Source: Candidatus Kerfeldbacteria bacterium
GTDB taxonomy: Bacteria > Patescibacteriota > Patescibacteriia > UBA9570 > XYC2-FULL-38-9
NCBI GenBank assembly: GCA_043813585.1
Contig: JBDRKW010000020.1
Coordinates: forward strand, 193,185-257,184
Direction of reading: 5' to 3'
DNA: 64,000 nucleotides
Positions 42,612 to 51,468 of this stretch are shown piece after piece; the stretch's first letter is position 1; each line of letters starts with the position of its first letter. The notes under the pieces were generated by a model. The model was given only the letters and a program-made list of their open reading frames with translations. It was not told where the DNA came from and searched no databases. The position numbers and the translations under genes were made by a program.

Positions 42612-44054
42612 TTATCCCTTAATAACCGCAAGCGGCCGCAAGCGGGCAACCCTGCGCGCAAGCCGGGCGCTATCAACCACTAAAACAACTTCATCAACGT
42701 CCTTATATGCCAGCGGCGCCTCTTCGGCAATGCCTGGTACGGATGCTGACCGCACAATAATACCCCGCTCCTGAAGTTCGCTCTTAATCGCCTTTCCGTG
42801 GAATTTCTTCTTGGCAGCATGGCGTGACATTGTACGGCCAGCTCCATGGCAGCACGATCCGAAAGACTCCAACATTCCCTCGTTTGTACCGGCCAGAACA
42901 TACGAGGCAGTACCCATAGTCCCGGGTATCAAGACTGGCTGCCCGACAGCCCTGTATGCTTCAGGGATTTCCGGATGACCCGGACCAAATGCACGCGTGG
43001 CACCTTTTCTGTGAACAATGACCTTTTTCCTGCTGCCATCCAACTCATGCTCTTCTATTTTTGCAATATTGTGCGCAACATCATATACAATGGACAATGT
43101 ACCTTTGCTCCCGAATAACCGCTCCCATCCTTCGCGAACGCGATGCGTAATCATCTGCCGGTTTGTCCAGGCAAAATTCGCTGCCGCCGCCATTGCCGCA
43201 TAATACTGCTTCCCCTCTTCCGATGAAAACGGAGCACACGCCAGTTCCCGGTCCGGCAACTCAATGCCGTAGCGCGCCATCGCGCCGACCATGAGGCGAA
43301 TGTAGTCGGTTGCCACCTGGTGGCCCAGGCCCCGGGAACCGGTATGAATCATTACTGTTACCTGGCCTTTTTTCAAACCATACGCTTCTGCAGCGTCTTT
43401 ATCGAAGATTTCATCAACAACGCCAGCTTCTGCAAAATGATTTCCGGCACCGAGCGTACCCAGCTGGTCCCGTCCGCGCTGCTTGGCCCGCTCAGAAACT
43501 GCACCTGCTTCAGCATGTTCCAACCTGCCGTTAGACTCAATATGAGCCAAATCATCCTCTTCGCCCAGGCCATTCTTAACCGCCCACTCAACGCCGTTCT
43601 CAAGAACATTATCCATATCCGCATCGCTTAGCTTCCACTCACCGCCCCGGCCGACACCGGAAGGGATAACCCCAAACATTTCGCGGGCAACCGATTCTTC
43701 CTCCCCTGAAACGTCTTGTTCTATCAGTTCCGAACGCAACAACCGTACCCCGCAATTGATGTCATATCCGATTCCTCCGGGTGAAATAATCCCATCCGGA
43801 TATTCAATAGCCGCAACGCCTCCAACAGGAAATCCATATCCCTCGTGCATATCCGGCATCCCAATAGCGAATTTCTGTATACCCGGCAGCATTGATACAT
43901 TTATTAATTGGTCCAGCGAGCGGTCTTCACGGATGTCTTCCAGCATTTTTTTTGATGCATACACGCGCACCGGCACGTTCATGCCGTCGCGAACTCCGAC
44001 CGGCAGCTCCCAGATGACATCGCTGATCTTTTTAAAAAGATGCTGTTCAAACAT
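42612..44054 (-). CDS. rtcB: RNA-splicing ligase RtcB (3'-phosphate/5'-OH RNA ligase)
   Basis: 480 aa; metal and GMP-His motifs 'DMHEGYGFPVGG', 'GYDINCGVR', 'AGNHFAE', 'SCCHGAGR'. Confidence 0.93.
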   Translation of the reverse strand: MFEQHLFKKISDVIWELPVGVRDGMNVPVRVYASKKMLEDIREDRSLDQLINVSMLPGIQKFAIGMPDMHEGYGFPVGGVAAIEYPDGIISPGGIGYDINCGVRLLRSELIEQDVSGEEESVAREMFGVIPSGVGRGGEWKLSDADMDNVLENGVEWAVKNGLGEEDDLAHIESNGRLEHAEAGAVSERAKQRGRDQLGTLGAGNHFAEAGVVDEIFDKDAAEAYGLKKGQVTVMIHTGSRGLGHQVATDYIRLMVGAMARYGIELPDRELACAPFSSEEGKQYYAAMAAAANFAWTNRQMITHRVREGWERLFGSKGTLSIVYDVAHNIAKIEEHELDGSRKKVIVHRKGATRAFGPGHPEIPEAYRAVGQPVLIPGTMGTASYVLAGTNEGMLESFGSCCHGAGRTMSRHAAKKKFHGKAIKSELQERGIIVRSASVPGIAEEAPLAYKDVDEVVLVVDSARLARRVARLRPLAVIKG

Positions 44055-44057
44055 ACG

Positions 44058-44495
44058 TCATATGTCAAAAACAATTATTGTTTCATATTCGCCATCAGCA
44101 TTTTTCACAATATCAGCCTCATGGTAGGTTACCGCTTTAACATCATCGTCAAATCCATCAATACTACTGCCCTTCAGCGTGGCAGTTAAAGCCGTTTCTG
44201 TAATGGATGAAAAGTCGACAGTGCAAAAAACAGCTTTTTGTTCATGGGAATTCAACAGGACTTCAGAAAGAAAATCGACCAACAACGCGGTCATATCGGG
44301 CGAGTCTATGGCAATCCCCACCTCAACCGCCTCCGCATCCTTCCTCTCTGCAGAACTATCTTTACAAAATGACTTTGATAATAATTCACTCAACCCCTCA
44401 AAAGCAGAAGCAAACAATTCTTCCTGAGTGGCTCCTGCCACCTTCATCCTGATGTCGGCCGTATGGCCGATGAATTCAAATTTTTTCATGTTCAC
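44058..44495 (-). CDS. archease (RtcB activator)
   Basis: 145 aa 'FEFIGHTADIRMKV ... VKAVTYHEADI' archease fold signature. Confidence 0.8.
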   Translation of the reverse strand: MNMKKFEFIGHTADIRMKVAGATQEELFASAFEGLSELLSKSFCKDSSAERKDAEAVEVGIAIDSPDMTALLVDFLSEVLLNSHEQKAVFCTVDFSSITETALTATLKGSSIDGFDDDVKAVTYHEADIVKNADGEYETIIVFDI

Positions 44496-45085
44496 CCCTT
44501 TAGCGCATAATGCTTGATCGTCTCATAGACAGGTGTATCACCGGCATAGATTGATTCCATCAGGTCAACCACATCAACCTGAATGCCCATCTTTCCTTCC
44601 GGTGTATCCGGGATACGCAATACGTCGGCAATGGATGCATTATCAAAGCGCGCAAGCGTCACGTGCGGTATCGGCTGGTGGTTGCTTTCCTTCATGCATA
44701 TCTGCTCTCCGACAACTGAATCGATATCTTCCACTAATTGCCTGTAAACAGGATTCAGATTAAATAGCGCCCAAACCATCCGCGGACGCCTGCCCGGCGG
44801 CCCCAACTGAAAGGCATTAAACGCCAATTCAAACGGAGGAATACTGTCTGTAACCTGCTGCAATGCATCAATAAGATTTGGGATATCTTCATTCTGTACC
44901 GCACCAAAAAAACGCACCGTTATATGCATATTTGCCTTTCGTGTCCAGCGAATACCGCCGATCTTGCCGTTCATTTTCTGAATCCCGGCTAGCACAGATG
45001 ACACTTCCTGTGGAAGCGGAATAGAGCAAAATAAACGAAGTTTCTGCTTACCCATACGAGCATTATTATACTGATTGTATCCCAC
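44492..45085 (-). CDS. thpR: RNA 2',3'-cyclic phosphodiesterase (ThpR/LigT, 2H family)
   Basis: two H-x-T/S-x motifs 'HITVRFFG' and 'HVTLARF'; 197 aa. Confidence 0.8.
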   Translation of the reverse strand: MGYNQYNNARMGKQKLRLFCSIPLPQEVSSVLAGIQKMNGKIGGIRWTRKANMHITVRFFGAVQNEDIPNLIDALQQVTDSIPPFELAFNAFQLGPPGRRPRMVWALFNLNPVYRQLVEDIDSVVGEQICMKESNHQPIPHVTLARFDNASIADVLRIPDTPEGKMGIQVDVVDLMESIYAGDTPVYETIKHYALKG

Positions 45086-45143
45086 GACCTATGGACTGAC
45101 AAGCGCCCTTTTCAAATATCATAATTCATGGTATTGCAACTAC

Positions 45144-45923
45144 ATGAAAAAGATCCTTGCCCTCCTTCTTGCGATGGTTGTCGTCGGCGTCGCGGCATAT
45201 GTTGCGGCCGATTATTTTTTAGCAACGGATATCATTACTGAAACTGACCAGTCGGCAATTATGCAAGAACCAGGCGCGCCTGAACAACAGGGGCAGCCGG
45301 CCGTGCAGCCGCAGGAAGAATTACCCGAGGATACGGTTCTGGAACCGCAGACACCGCTGCCCAACGAGGCAAACCTGGACATCCCGTTCACTCCTCAGGC
45401 TCCACACGCAAACTGGGACCTGCCGTATCAGGAAGCATGCGAAGAAGCGAGCATGATGATGGCTGCGCGATTTCTGCAGGGACGAACCATTGAAGATGCA
45501 GATGACGCTGACCGCGCAATCCTCCAGTTGGTTGAATACGGCAAATCTCTTGGCTACCCGGTTGACACGACTGCGGAAGAAACAGCAACAATACTGACCA
45601 GCTTTTACGGCTTACGCACGGAAGTCCTCCGTGATTTTTCCTGGGACGAAATCAAAGAGGCAATTGCTGACGGCTATCCGGTCATTATCCCTGCTGCCGG
45701 ACAACAACTTCAGAACCCAAATTTTACCGAACCCGGTCCGCGCTACCATATGCTCGTTATCAAAGGATATTCGCCTGAAAAAATTATCACGAATGATCCG
45801 GGTACAAAAAACGGCTTCAATTACGAATATGACTACAATACTCTCTTCAGCGCAATACATGACTGGAACGGCGGGGATGTGGACAACGGCGCCAAAGCGG
45901 CGATCATTGTGATGCCGGAATAA
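45144..45923 (+). CDS. peptidase C39-like domain protein (secreted/membrane-anchored)
   Basis: N-terminal signal/TM 'MKKILALLLAMVVVGVAAYV'; Q..C..H arrangement 'YQEACEEASMMMA' ... 'YHMLVIKGY'; start moved from 45075 to the Met preceding the signal peptide. Confidence 0.5.
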   Translation: MKKILALLLAMVVVGVAAYVAADYFLATDIITETDQSAIMQEPGAPEQQGQPAVQPQEELPEDTVLEPQTPLPNEANLDIPFTPQAPHANWDLPYQEACEEASMMMAARFLQGRTIEDADDADRAILQLVEYGKSLGYPVDTTAEETATILTSFYGLRTEVLRDFSWDEIKEAIADGYPVIIPAAGQQLQNPNFTEPGPRYHMLVIKGYSPEKIITNDPGTKNGFNYEYDYNTLFSAIHDWNGGDVDNGAKAAIIVMPE

Positions 45924-45955
45924 GGGGGGGGTGGTATTTATCAGAAAAAAGGTTT

Positions 45956-46597
45956 GTGATACACTTTTGCTATATGGGCATCTCATTCAACCGGCTCGGA
46001 TTTGGATTCTCGATCGCATCGTTTATCGGCTTTGTGGTATTTTCTGTTTATCTTCTATTTACGTCTGATGAATCATTCCGCGCGATTGTAGGCCTGATCT
46101 GCGCAGCCTCTGTTCTTGCTCCGCGAATAATCTACAAAAAAACTCGCTTGTTCAACTTTCTCTCTGCAGAACTTCTTGGCGTACTCGAACTGATGCTTGA
46201 CCTGCTGCTTATCTTTAACGGCATCGGCGCACTCGGGTTCTATCTTGAGATGCAATACTATGACATGGCGCTGCACCTTTTTAGCCCTCTTGCCGTTGGC
46301 ATTATGCTCGCGCTTATGCTGGAGTCCTACCTGCACCGATACACTATTCAAAGTATACGCATTATTCAGTGGTTTACGATCACAGGAACCATCACGCTTG
46401 TACTGTTCTGGGAATTCTGGGAATCAGTCGGCGATATGATCTTTCATACGCAGATGTCAGGCCAGCCAGGCGAACCGTTTGATACGCTCTACGATGTTCT
46501 CGGCGGCATCGCAATAATGGCTGTGCTCTATCTGTTTAATCGTTACCTCCTCGCGCCTTCTATCCGAATCTTGGCAGTATCTAAAATACAAAAATAA
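45956..46597 (+). CDS. hypothetical polytopic membrane protein
   Basis: 213 aa, 5-6 TM, no family recognised. Confidence 0.4.
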   Translation: MIHFCYMGISFNRLGFGFSIASFIGFVVFSVYLLFTSDESFRAIVGLICAASVLAPRIIYKKTRLFNFLSAELLGVLELMLDLLLIFNGIGALGFYLEMQYYDMALHLFSPLAVGIMLALMLESYLHRYTIQSIRIIQWFTITGTITLVLFWEFWESVGDMIFHTQMSGQPGEPFDTLYDVLGGIAIMAVLYLFNRYLLAPSIRILAVSKIQK

Positions 46598-46625
46598 GCC
46601 GGCACGAAGCCGGCCTTATTTTTTT
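46598..46625. terminator. bidirectional rho-independent terminator
   Basis: AAAATAA-GCCGGC-acgaa-GCCGGC-CTTATTTTTTT between convergent genes. Confidence 0.7.
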
Positions 46626-46627
46626 AT

Positions 46628-47119
46628 CTATTTTGTATCTTTTGTTGCTGTCCAAGATCCGCCAATATCACCGTTCAGGTCTACCCAAATCCCTTTCATG
46701 ATAAGATTACTGCCATACACGCCTTCAAACAACTCCGTTCTGTCAGTTGACTGCAACTTTACATTCACTCCGTCAAAGGCGTACGAACCCCACGCCTTAG
46801 TAACACTTCCTACTGGCCGAGACAGTGAACCGTCAGAATTGAAAAGTAATGTTAACGAAGTTTCTTCCTTTCCGTCGGTCTGGAGAATTGTCCATTGTCC
46901 AACCACCTCTTCGGCAAGCTTCTGATCAAAATCAATTTGAATATCCTGTGCATTTGCGCAATCGCGCGGACAAAACTGATCTTTCTCCTCCTCCACGCTG
47001 CAAATGCCATCGCCGCAAAAAAAGGTCACCTGGCGCGAGGGTGTCTGCTCCCGGAACGGACATTGCCATCCGGTAACGGCGATAGACAGTAGTATGACAC
47101 CAAGCATGCTCTTTTTCAT
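46628..47119 (-). CDS. secreted Cys-rich hypothetical protein
   Basis: signal peptide, 'CPFREQ..FFCGDGICSVEEEKDQFCPRDC' 6-Cys module followed by a beta-rich domain. Confidence 0.4.
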   Translation of the reverse strand: MKKSMLGVILLSIAVTGWQCPFREQTPSRQVTFFCGDGICSVEEEKDQFCPRDCANAQDIQIDFDQKLAEEVVGQWTILQTDGKEETSLTLLFNSDGSLSRPVGSVTKAWGSYAFDGVNVKLQSTDRTELFEGVYGSNLIMKGIWVDLNGDIGGSWTATKDTK

Positions 47120-47122
47120 ATC

Positions 47123-47524
47123 CTATTTGGTTATTGATTGTGATCGTAGCTCTTTCACCCTGTCAGTCGCCCACTGCGCTATAAATAAACCACCGATAAC
47201 AAACAATGCTATTGCTATGATGAGAGCGCCCCATTCAAAATTATTCCAAATCATCACGATATATCCGATTCCCAACGCTATATGCAATCCTCCGCCAATC
47301 ATAGGCCACTTCGACGATATCACCAGTAGAATGATCAGGATATAATTGGGTATAAGATGAACAAACAACGCAATAATCGTTTCCGAAAAAGTAGAGTCTT
47401 CCGAAAACACATCGAGTGCAAATATCGCGATAAATCCAATAAAAAGAACAGCTAAAATACGCGGTGTCCAAAAAATAAAACCACGCTTATTGCCTCTGGC
47501 AGTAGTTGTAACCATATGTTTCAT
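47123..47524 (-). CDS. hypothetical small membrane protein
   Basis: 133 aa, 4 TM. Confidence 0.4.
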   Translation of the reverse strand: MKHMVTTTARGNKRGFIFWTPRILAVLFIGFIAIFALDVFSEDSTFSETIIALFVHLIPNYILIILLVISSKWPMIGGGLHIALGIGYIVMIWNNFEWGALIIAIALFVIGGLFIAQWATDRVKELRSQSITK

Positions 47525-47547
47525 ATAGCGTTAGTATATCAAAAAAC

Positions 47548-48237
47548 CTATATTTTGTAGATGACATCCTTGCGTTCGACCACTATCTTCCATGCCCGTC
47601 GCCTCGCCGCCTGCAACAGTTGGCGGTTCGGATTAAAGCAAATCGGATTGTCTACCATGGACAAAAATCCGATATCCGATTCGGTATCCCCGACTCCGAT
47701 CGACCCGATAAGCGAAAAATTGCCTTTTTCCAGCGCCCGCGACAGAATTACGCCTTTATCTTTTATCAATTCCTGGAACTCCACCTTGCCCGTATACCTC
47801 CCGTTCGCCCCCACTTCAAATAGCTGGCCATACACTTTATGGAAACCAAGATGCCGGCAAAATTGTTCAACGGCTTCTTTTGGTGAATGGGATATTGCGA
47901 GCAGAGAATAATTTCGCTTCCGAAGGTCTTTTACAAGATCGCGCGTGTAGCGGTATGTTCTGTCTTTATGTTCCGCAACGACCCTGATTGCGATCTTCCT
48001 GAATGTTGTCTGCGGCAGCCCTTTAATATTTTTATGGAACGCCTCAATTACATCCTGTATATAATCGTCATACGAACCTTTGCGGTCCATCCAGCGGCCG
48101 CGCGCCGCGCTATACTGCGCAATCACGCTCGATTTCCAGATCCCTTCTTTTACCAGCGCTTCGGTAATTTCAATCAGCAGGCTCGACCGAAAGATCGTCC
48201 CGTCAATATCGAAAATGGCTACGCGTTGCTTAGCCAT
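47548..48237 (-). CDS. HAD-IB family hydrolase (phosphoserine phosphatase-like)
   Basis: 'VAIFDIDGTIF' motif I, 'GDTESD' motif IV-like; 229 aa. Confidence 0.75.
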   Translation of the reverse strand: MAKQRVAIFDIDGTIFRSSLLIEITEALVKEGIWKSSVIAQYSAARGRWMDRKGSYDDYIQDVIEAFHKNIKGLPQTTFRKIAIRVVAEHKDRTYRYTRDLVKDLRKRNYSLLAISHSPKEAVEQFCRHLGFHKVYGQLFEVGANGRYTGKVEFQELIKDKGVILSRALEKGNFSLIGSIGVGDTESDIGFLSMVDNPICFNPNRQLLQAARRRAWKIVVERKDVIYKI

Positions 48238-49622
48238 TAGAGTAAATGCATATCTTCAATCTCGCTGCGCACGCCGCGCAATACGACCTCTTCAATATGG
48301 TATGCGCCGTTTCGGGGCGCGTCCAGAAAACCCTCCACCGCAGCCTGCGCCAGCCACCCGGACGACAGCCAATCCTGCAACCACTCCTGCGTATACCTGG
48401 GATCTTCCTGCTCAACGCCGGAACCAACGGCATGGAGCCAGGCCTTATTAAACTCTTCCTGGCTGCCGATGGACGGCGCCATGATGATCGGTAGTCCCAG
48501 ACCGGCATAAAATGACATTTCACTCGGCTTGGTCCAGAGAATATCCGTGGTTAGCAACGCCTGGTTCATCTTAGCAAAGTAATCCATTTTATTTTCATCA
48601 TAAATGATGGATACCCCGCCTTTGTGCTTCAATTTCATGTGCAGCCGCTTCACTTCATTATCGTAATAGCTGAACACGTCGCTGCGTGAGCCGGCCACCA
48701 GGTTCAAATTGATCTTTCCCTTATCGATAGAATCATGAAGGCTGTCCAGTATCTGGATTCCAAGTTCTCGCTGCGCACCGGCACCGCCCACGGCAAATGT
48801 AATCGTCAGCGGACGCTTGGGCTTCATGGCGCAATATTTCGCCCCAAAATAATATTCTACCGTTCGTCGGTATTTATTGCGGTAACGAAATTCCGGGTCC
48901 AGGTTGCACAAACGTTCGCCGATACTTTTTTTCAGGATGCTCAATGATGCCCCTCCGATATTCTCTTTTGGCAATGGAAACCCGGTGATATTAATATTCT
49001 TTTCCTGCACCCCATACAGCATCAGGCGCTCTTTCACGCGGCGGTTCGGCGCGAGGTAGTTAATCCGGCTCTTCTTCGGATCCATCGCCGCCCAGGCACG
49101 GCTTACATCCGTGTCCGTGCAGATGCAGTAGATATCACCCTTATATCCATGCTCCTCTGCAAAAAATGCCGTCGTAAAAAAGGATGTTACATACGGCAGC
49201 GGATCCTTATTCAATATTTCAATGAGATCCCTGCCCCACCCGCCTTTGATAGATGCGTAGATCTGCCGCAGCTGCAGGCTCGGCTTGGACAAATCGCGTT
49301 CCGGATAAAACGGTTTTATCCGCTGCATATAATCCATTACGCCAAATATCCACTCACCAATAAGCGGCAGGTTCTTCATTCTCGAAATCTTCTCATAAAT
49401 GGAACGTCCGCCTTCCCACAGGCGCCTGTCGCTCGCCGGAATACCCGGGTAGCGGTTTGCGGTGATGATCTCGCCGTTTTTATCGCCCCATCCCACCGGG
49501 CTAGCCGCAATTTCCTTTAACGGATAAACCGCCCGCTGGTGTCCGTAACCCATGTCCACAGTCACGATATATGCCCTTTTAAATGTCTTTTTCTGCGTTT
49601 CCATAACGATTGAAGTATACAA
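48237..49622 (-). CDS. GT-B glycosyltransferase, MGDG-synthase/UgtP-like (GT28-like)
   Basis: 461 aa; N-terminal 'VTVDMGYGHQRA' and mid 'TITFAVGGAGAQ' resemble the two Gly-rich loops of GT28 diacylglycerol glycosyltransferases; weak. Confidence 0.45.
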   Translation of the reverse strand: MYTSIVMETQKKTFKRAYIVTVDMGYGHQRAVYPLKEIAASPVGWGDKNGEIITANRYPGIPASDRRLWEGGRSIYEKISRMKNLPLIGEWIFGVMDYMQRIKPFYPERDLSKPSLQLRQIYASIKGGWGRDLIEILNKDPLPYVTSFFTTAFFAEEHGYKGDIYCICTDTDVSRAWAAMDPKKSRINYLAPNRRVKERLMLYGVQEKNINITGFPLPKENIGGASLSILKKSIGERLCNLDPEFRYRNKYRRTVEYYFGAKYCAMKPKRPLTITFAVGGAGAQRELGIQILDSLHDSIDKGKINLNLVAGSRSDVFSYYDNEVKRLHMKLKHKGGVSIIYDENKMDYFAKMNQALLTTDILWTKPSEMSFYAGLGLPIIMAPSIGSQEEFNKAWLHAVGSGVEQEDPRYTQEWLQDWLSSGWLAQAAVEGFLDAPRNGAYHIEEVVLRGVRSEIEDMHLL

Positions 49623-49657
49623 GAAAACAGCCTTACAGTGAAATCATTTATACTTAT

Positions 49658-50473
49658 CTATAATCCAACGACTTTCCGCGTTGCCCAGTCAACGAAACGG
49701 TCAGGTAAAAACTGTGCCAGCCATATCATCGGCGCGTTGCTGCGCGGTGCGACATATCGTGTTCTCGGCTTCTTTGCTTCAACAGCATGGACGATAGCTT
49801 TTACTACTGACTTTGTGGAATAGCCGCCATCCCAAAATGTATTTTCCGCTTGTTTCATCTTCGGGATCTCAAATGCGTATGCCGATTCCTCTGTTAACCA
49901 TTCATGCTTCGTAGCCTGCATTTCTTGGTTAAATCCGGTGTTGATCTTTCCGGGTTCGATCAACGAAACAAACACACCAAACTGTTCAAGTTCAGTACGC
50001 AGGTTATCCGCAACAGCTTCCAACGCAAATTTTGTCATATGGTACGCGCCCATATATGGAACAACCAGCCGACCGGCAGTAGAGCCGACAATGATGATTC
50101 GTCCTTCGCCTTTGCGGATCAAACGCTGTCCGACTAATTGCGCGAGATGAAGATTCGCAAACACGTTGGTCTCAAAATTACTGCGCACCCGTTCCATGGG
50201 GATTTCAATAAGAGGTCCGGATTCGCCCACACCGGCATTATTAATCAACACATCCGGTTTTCTTTTTGCAGCCTGCTTGCGGTCCTGCTCATCCAAAACA
50301 TCCAGCTTGATAAAGGTCATTTTCAACCCATGCTCCTTCACATGCTGCTGCAACTCATTCAAGTCCTCGAGCGACGCCGCTGATGCAATGACGTCGTGTC
50401 CGCGTTCCGCAAGAGCAATTGCGGTATCGCGTCCAATCCCAGTCGCTGCCCCAGTTACTAAAACTTTGCTCAT
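49658..50473 (-). CDS. SDR-family oxidoreductase
   Basis: 'VLVTGAATGIGRD' cofactor motif, 'NNAG', YxxxK 'YHMTK'. Confidence 0.85.
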   Translation of the reverse strand: MSKVLVTGAATGIGRDTAIALAERGHDVIASAASLEDLNELQQHVKEHGLKMTFIKLDVLDEQDRKQAAKRKPDVLINNAGVGESGPLIEIPMERVRSNFETNVFANLHLAQLVGQRLIRKGEGRIIIVGSTAGRLVVPYMGAYHMTKFALEAVADNLRTELEQFGVFVSLIEPGKINTGFNQEMQATKHEWLTEESAYAFEIPKMKQAENTFWDGGYSTKSVVKAIVHAVEAKKPRTRYVAPRSNAPMIWLAQFLPDRFVDWATRKVVGL

Positions 50474-50475
50474 TA

Positions 50476-50994
50476 CTATCGGATCACTTTCGCGGGAACT
50501 CCTCCTACAACGCTTTTAACCGCAACATCCTTTACTACAACCGCGTTCGCTCCGATTGTTGCACCGTCTCCGACTTTTACCGGACCGAGAATCTTTGCAC
50601 CTGCAGCAATGGTAACATCATCACCAATGGTCGGTGCTCCGCTGTAAGCATCACCCTTCACTCCAACTGTAACACCCTGTGATAGAATCACGTTCTTGCC
50701 AATAACGGCGTCTTTATGAACAAAGATTCCGCTGAAATGATTGATAAACACTCCGGGACCGATAGTTGCGTGGCGCGAAATTGAAATCCCCCAACTCATC
50801 TCGACCCAGAGCTTCAAGAAAAAATAAATTAGAAGACCCAGCTGTTTTACTATAGGTACTCGCATTCGTGTGAAGAAACTCCCAAATCGATAGACCGCCA
50901 TCGCATGAACGCTCGGCAAGAATAGCAGCATTACAAAACTTAACCCGTGTAGCTCCTGTAATTCCTTAATTCGTTTTATGTCTTTGTATAGCAT
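50476..50994 (-). CDS. hexapeptide-repeat O-acetyltransferase (serine acetyltransferase/WcaB-like)
   Basis: 172 aa; C-terminal LbH repeats 'IGDDVTIAAGAKILGPVKVGDGATIGANAVV'. Confidence 0.7.
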   Translation of the reverse strand: MLYKDIKRIKELQELHGLSFVMLLFLPSVHAMAVYRFGSFFTRMRVPIVKQLGLLIYFFLKLWVEMSWGISISRHATIGPGVFINHFSGIFVHKDAVIGKNVILSQGVTVGVKGDAYSGAPTIGDDVTIAAGAKILGPVKVGDGATIGANAVVVKDVAVKSVVGGVPAKVIR

Positions 50995-51045
50995 ATTTCA
51001 TGTTCACTGCCCTAAGTATAGCACTCAATTCAAATAAAAAAAGAG

Positions 51046-51074
51046 AGCGCTATCCTTGACGTTTTCAATTATTT
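51046..51074 (+). promoter_or_regulatory. sigma70-like promoter (TTGACG ... TATACA/TACAAA) for orphan GC-rich ORF
   Basis: TTGACG at 51046-51051 followed 15-17 nt later by TATACA/TACAAA; AT-rich context. Confidence 0.4.
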
Positions 51075-51124
51075 TGTATACAAAACAGCAAACGCAACGG
51101 CTGAAGCAAACACCAGGGGGTCAC

Positions 51125-51418
51125 ATGTCCAAGCTTCTCTCTCCAGCAGATCAAGTTGTATCGGCCCTGACCGGGAAATTCGAGCTCCGCCATCCGGAGC
51201 GGCTTCGGGCCCAAGTGGACGACAGCGAACGCTTTATCATCGTGCGCATTCGGCACAGTCCGCATGACGCCGTGGTGAAGCACACGCTGCACAACTCGAC
51301 GCATCCGACCACGCAGGCACTCGCCGACGAACTCAGTAAGGCGCTGAAGGCCGGTGACCGCAGGGTCTCGTTCTTCGTGGCTTCGGACCTGAACCCGTTC
51401 CCCAAGATCGACGGCTGA
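51125..51418 (+). CDS. orphan small protein (~97 aa) in GC-rich island, own strong RBS
   Basis: GGGGG Shine-Dalgarno 4-5 nt before ATG (MSKLLSPADQ...); ~60% GC versus ~48% host; no family recognised; alternative upstream ATG at 51056 lies in the promoter and was rejected. Confidence 0.5.
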   Translation: MSKLLSPADQVVSALTGKFELRHPERLRAQVDDSERFIIVRIRHSPHDAVVKHTLHNSTHPTTQALADELSKALKAGDRRVSFFVASDLNPFPKIDG

Positions 51419-51427
51419 CGTCGATCC

Positions 51428-51468
51428 GCCCGTAATAGCACTCCAACGCTGTTCCGGGCTCTTTTTTT
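51428..51468 (+). terminator. putative intrinsic terminator (GCCCG...CGGGC + T7)
   Basis: imperfect stem-loop followed by TCTTTTTTT immediately after the orphan ORF stop; abuts the copA stop. Confidence 0.4.

Noticed and set aside
51150-51185. pUC-polylinker-like string GAAATTCGAGCTC and a HindIII site in the GC-rich orphan ORF
   Set aside because: It is not an exact EcoRI-SacI polylinker (GAAATTC, not GAATTC), and no further vector sequence is present. I treat it as coincidence, though vector contamination should be excluded by BLAST against UniVec.
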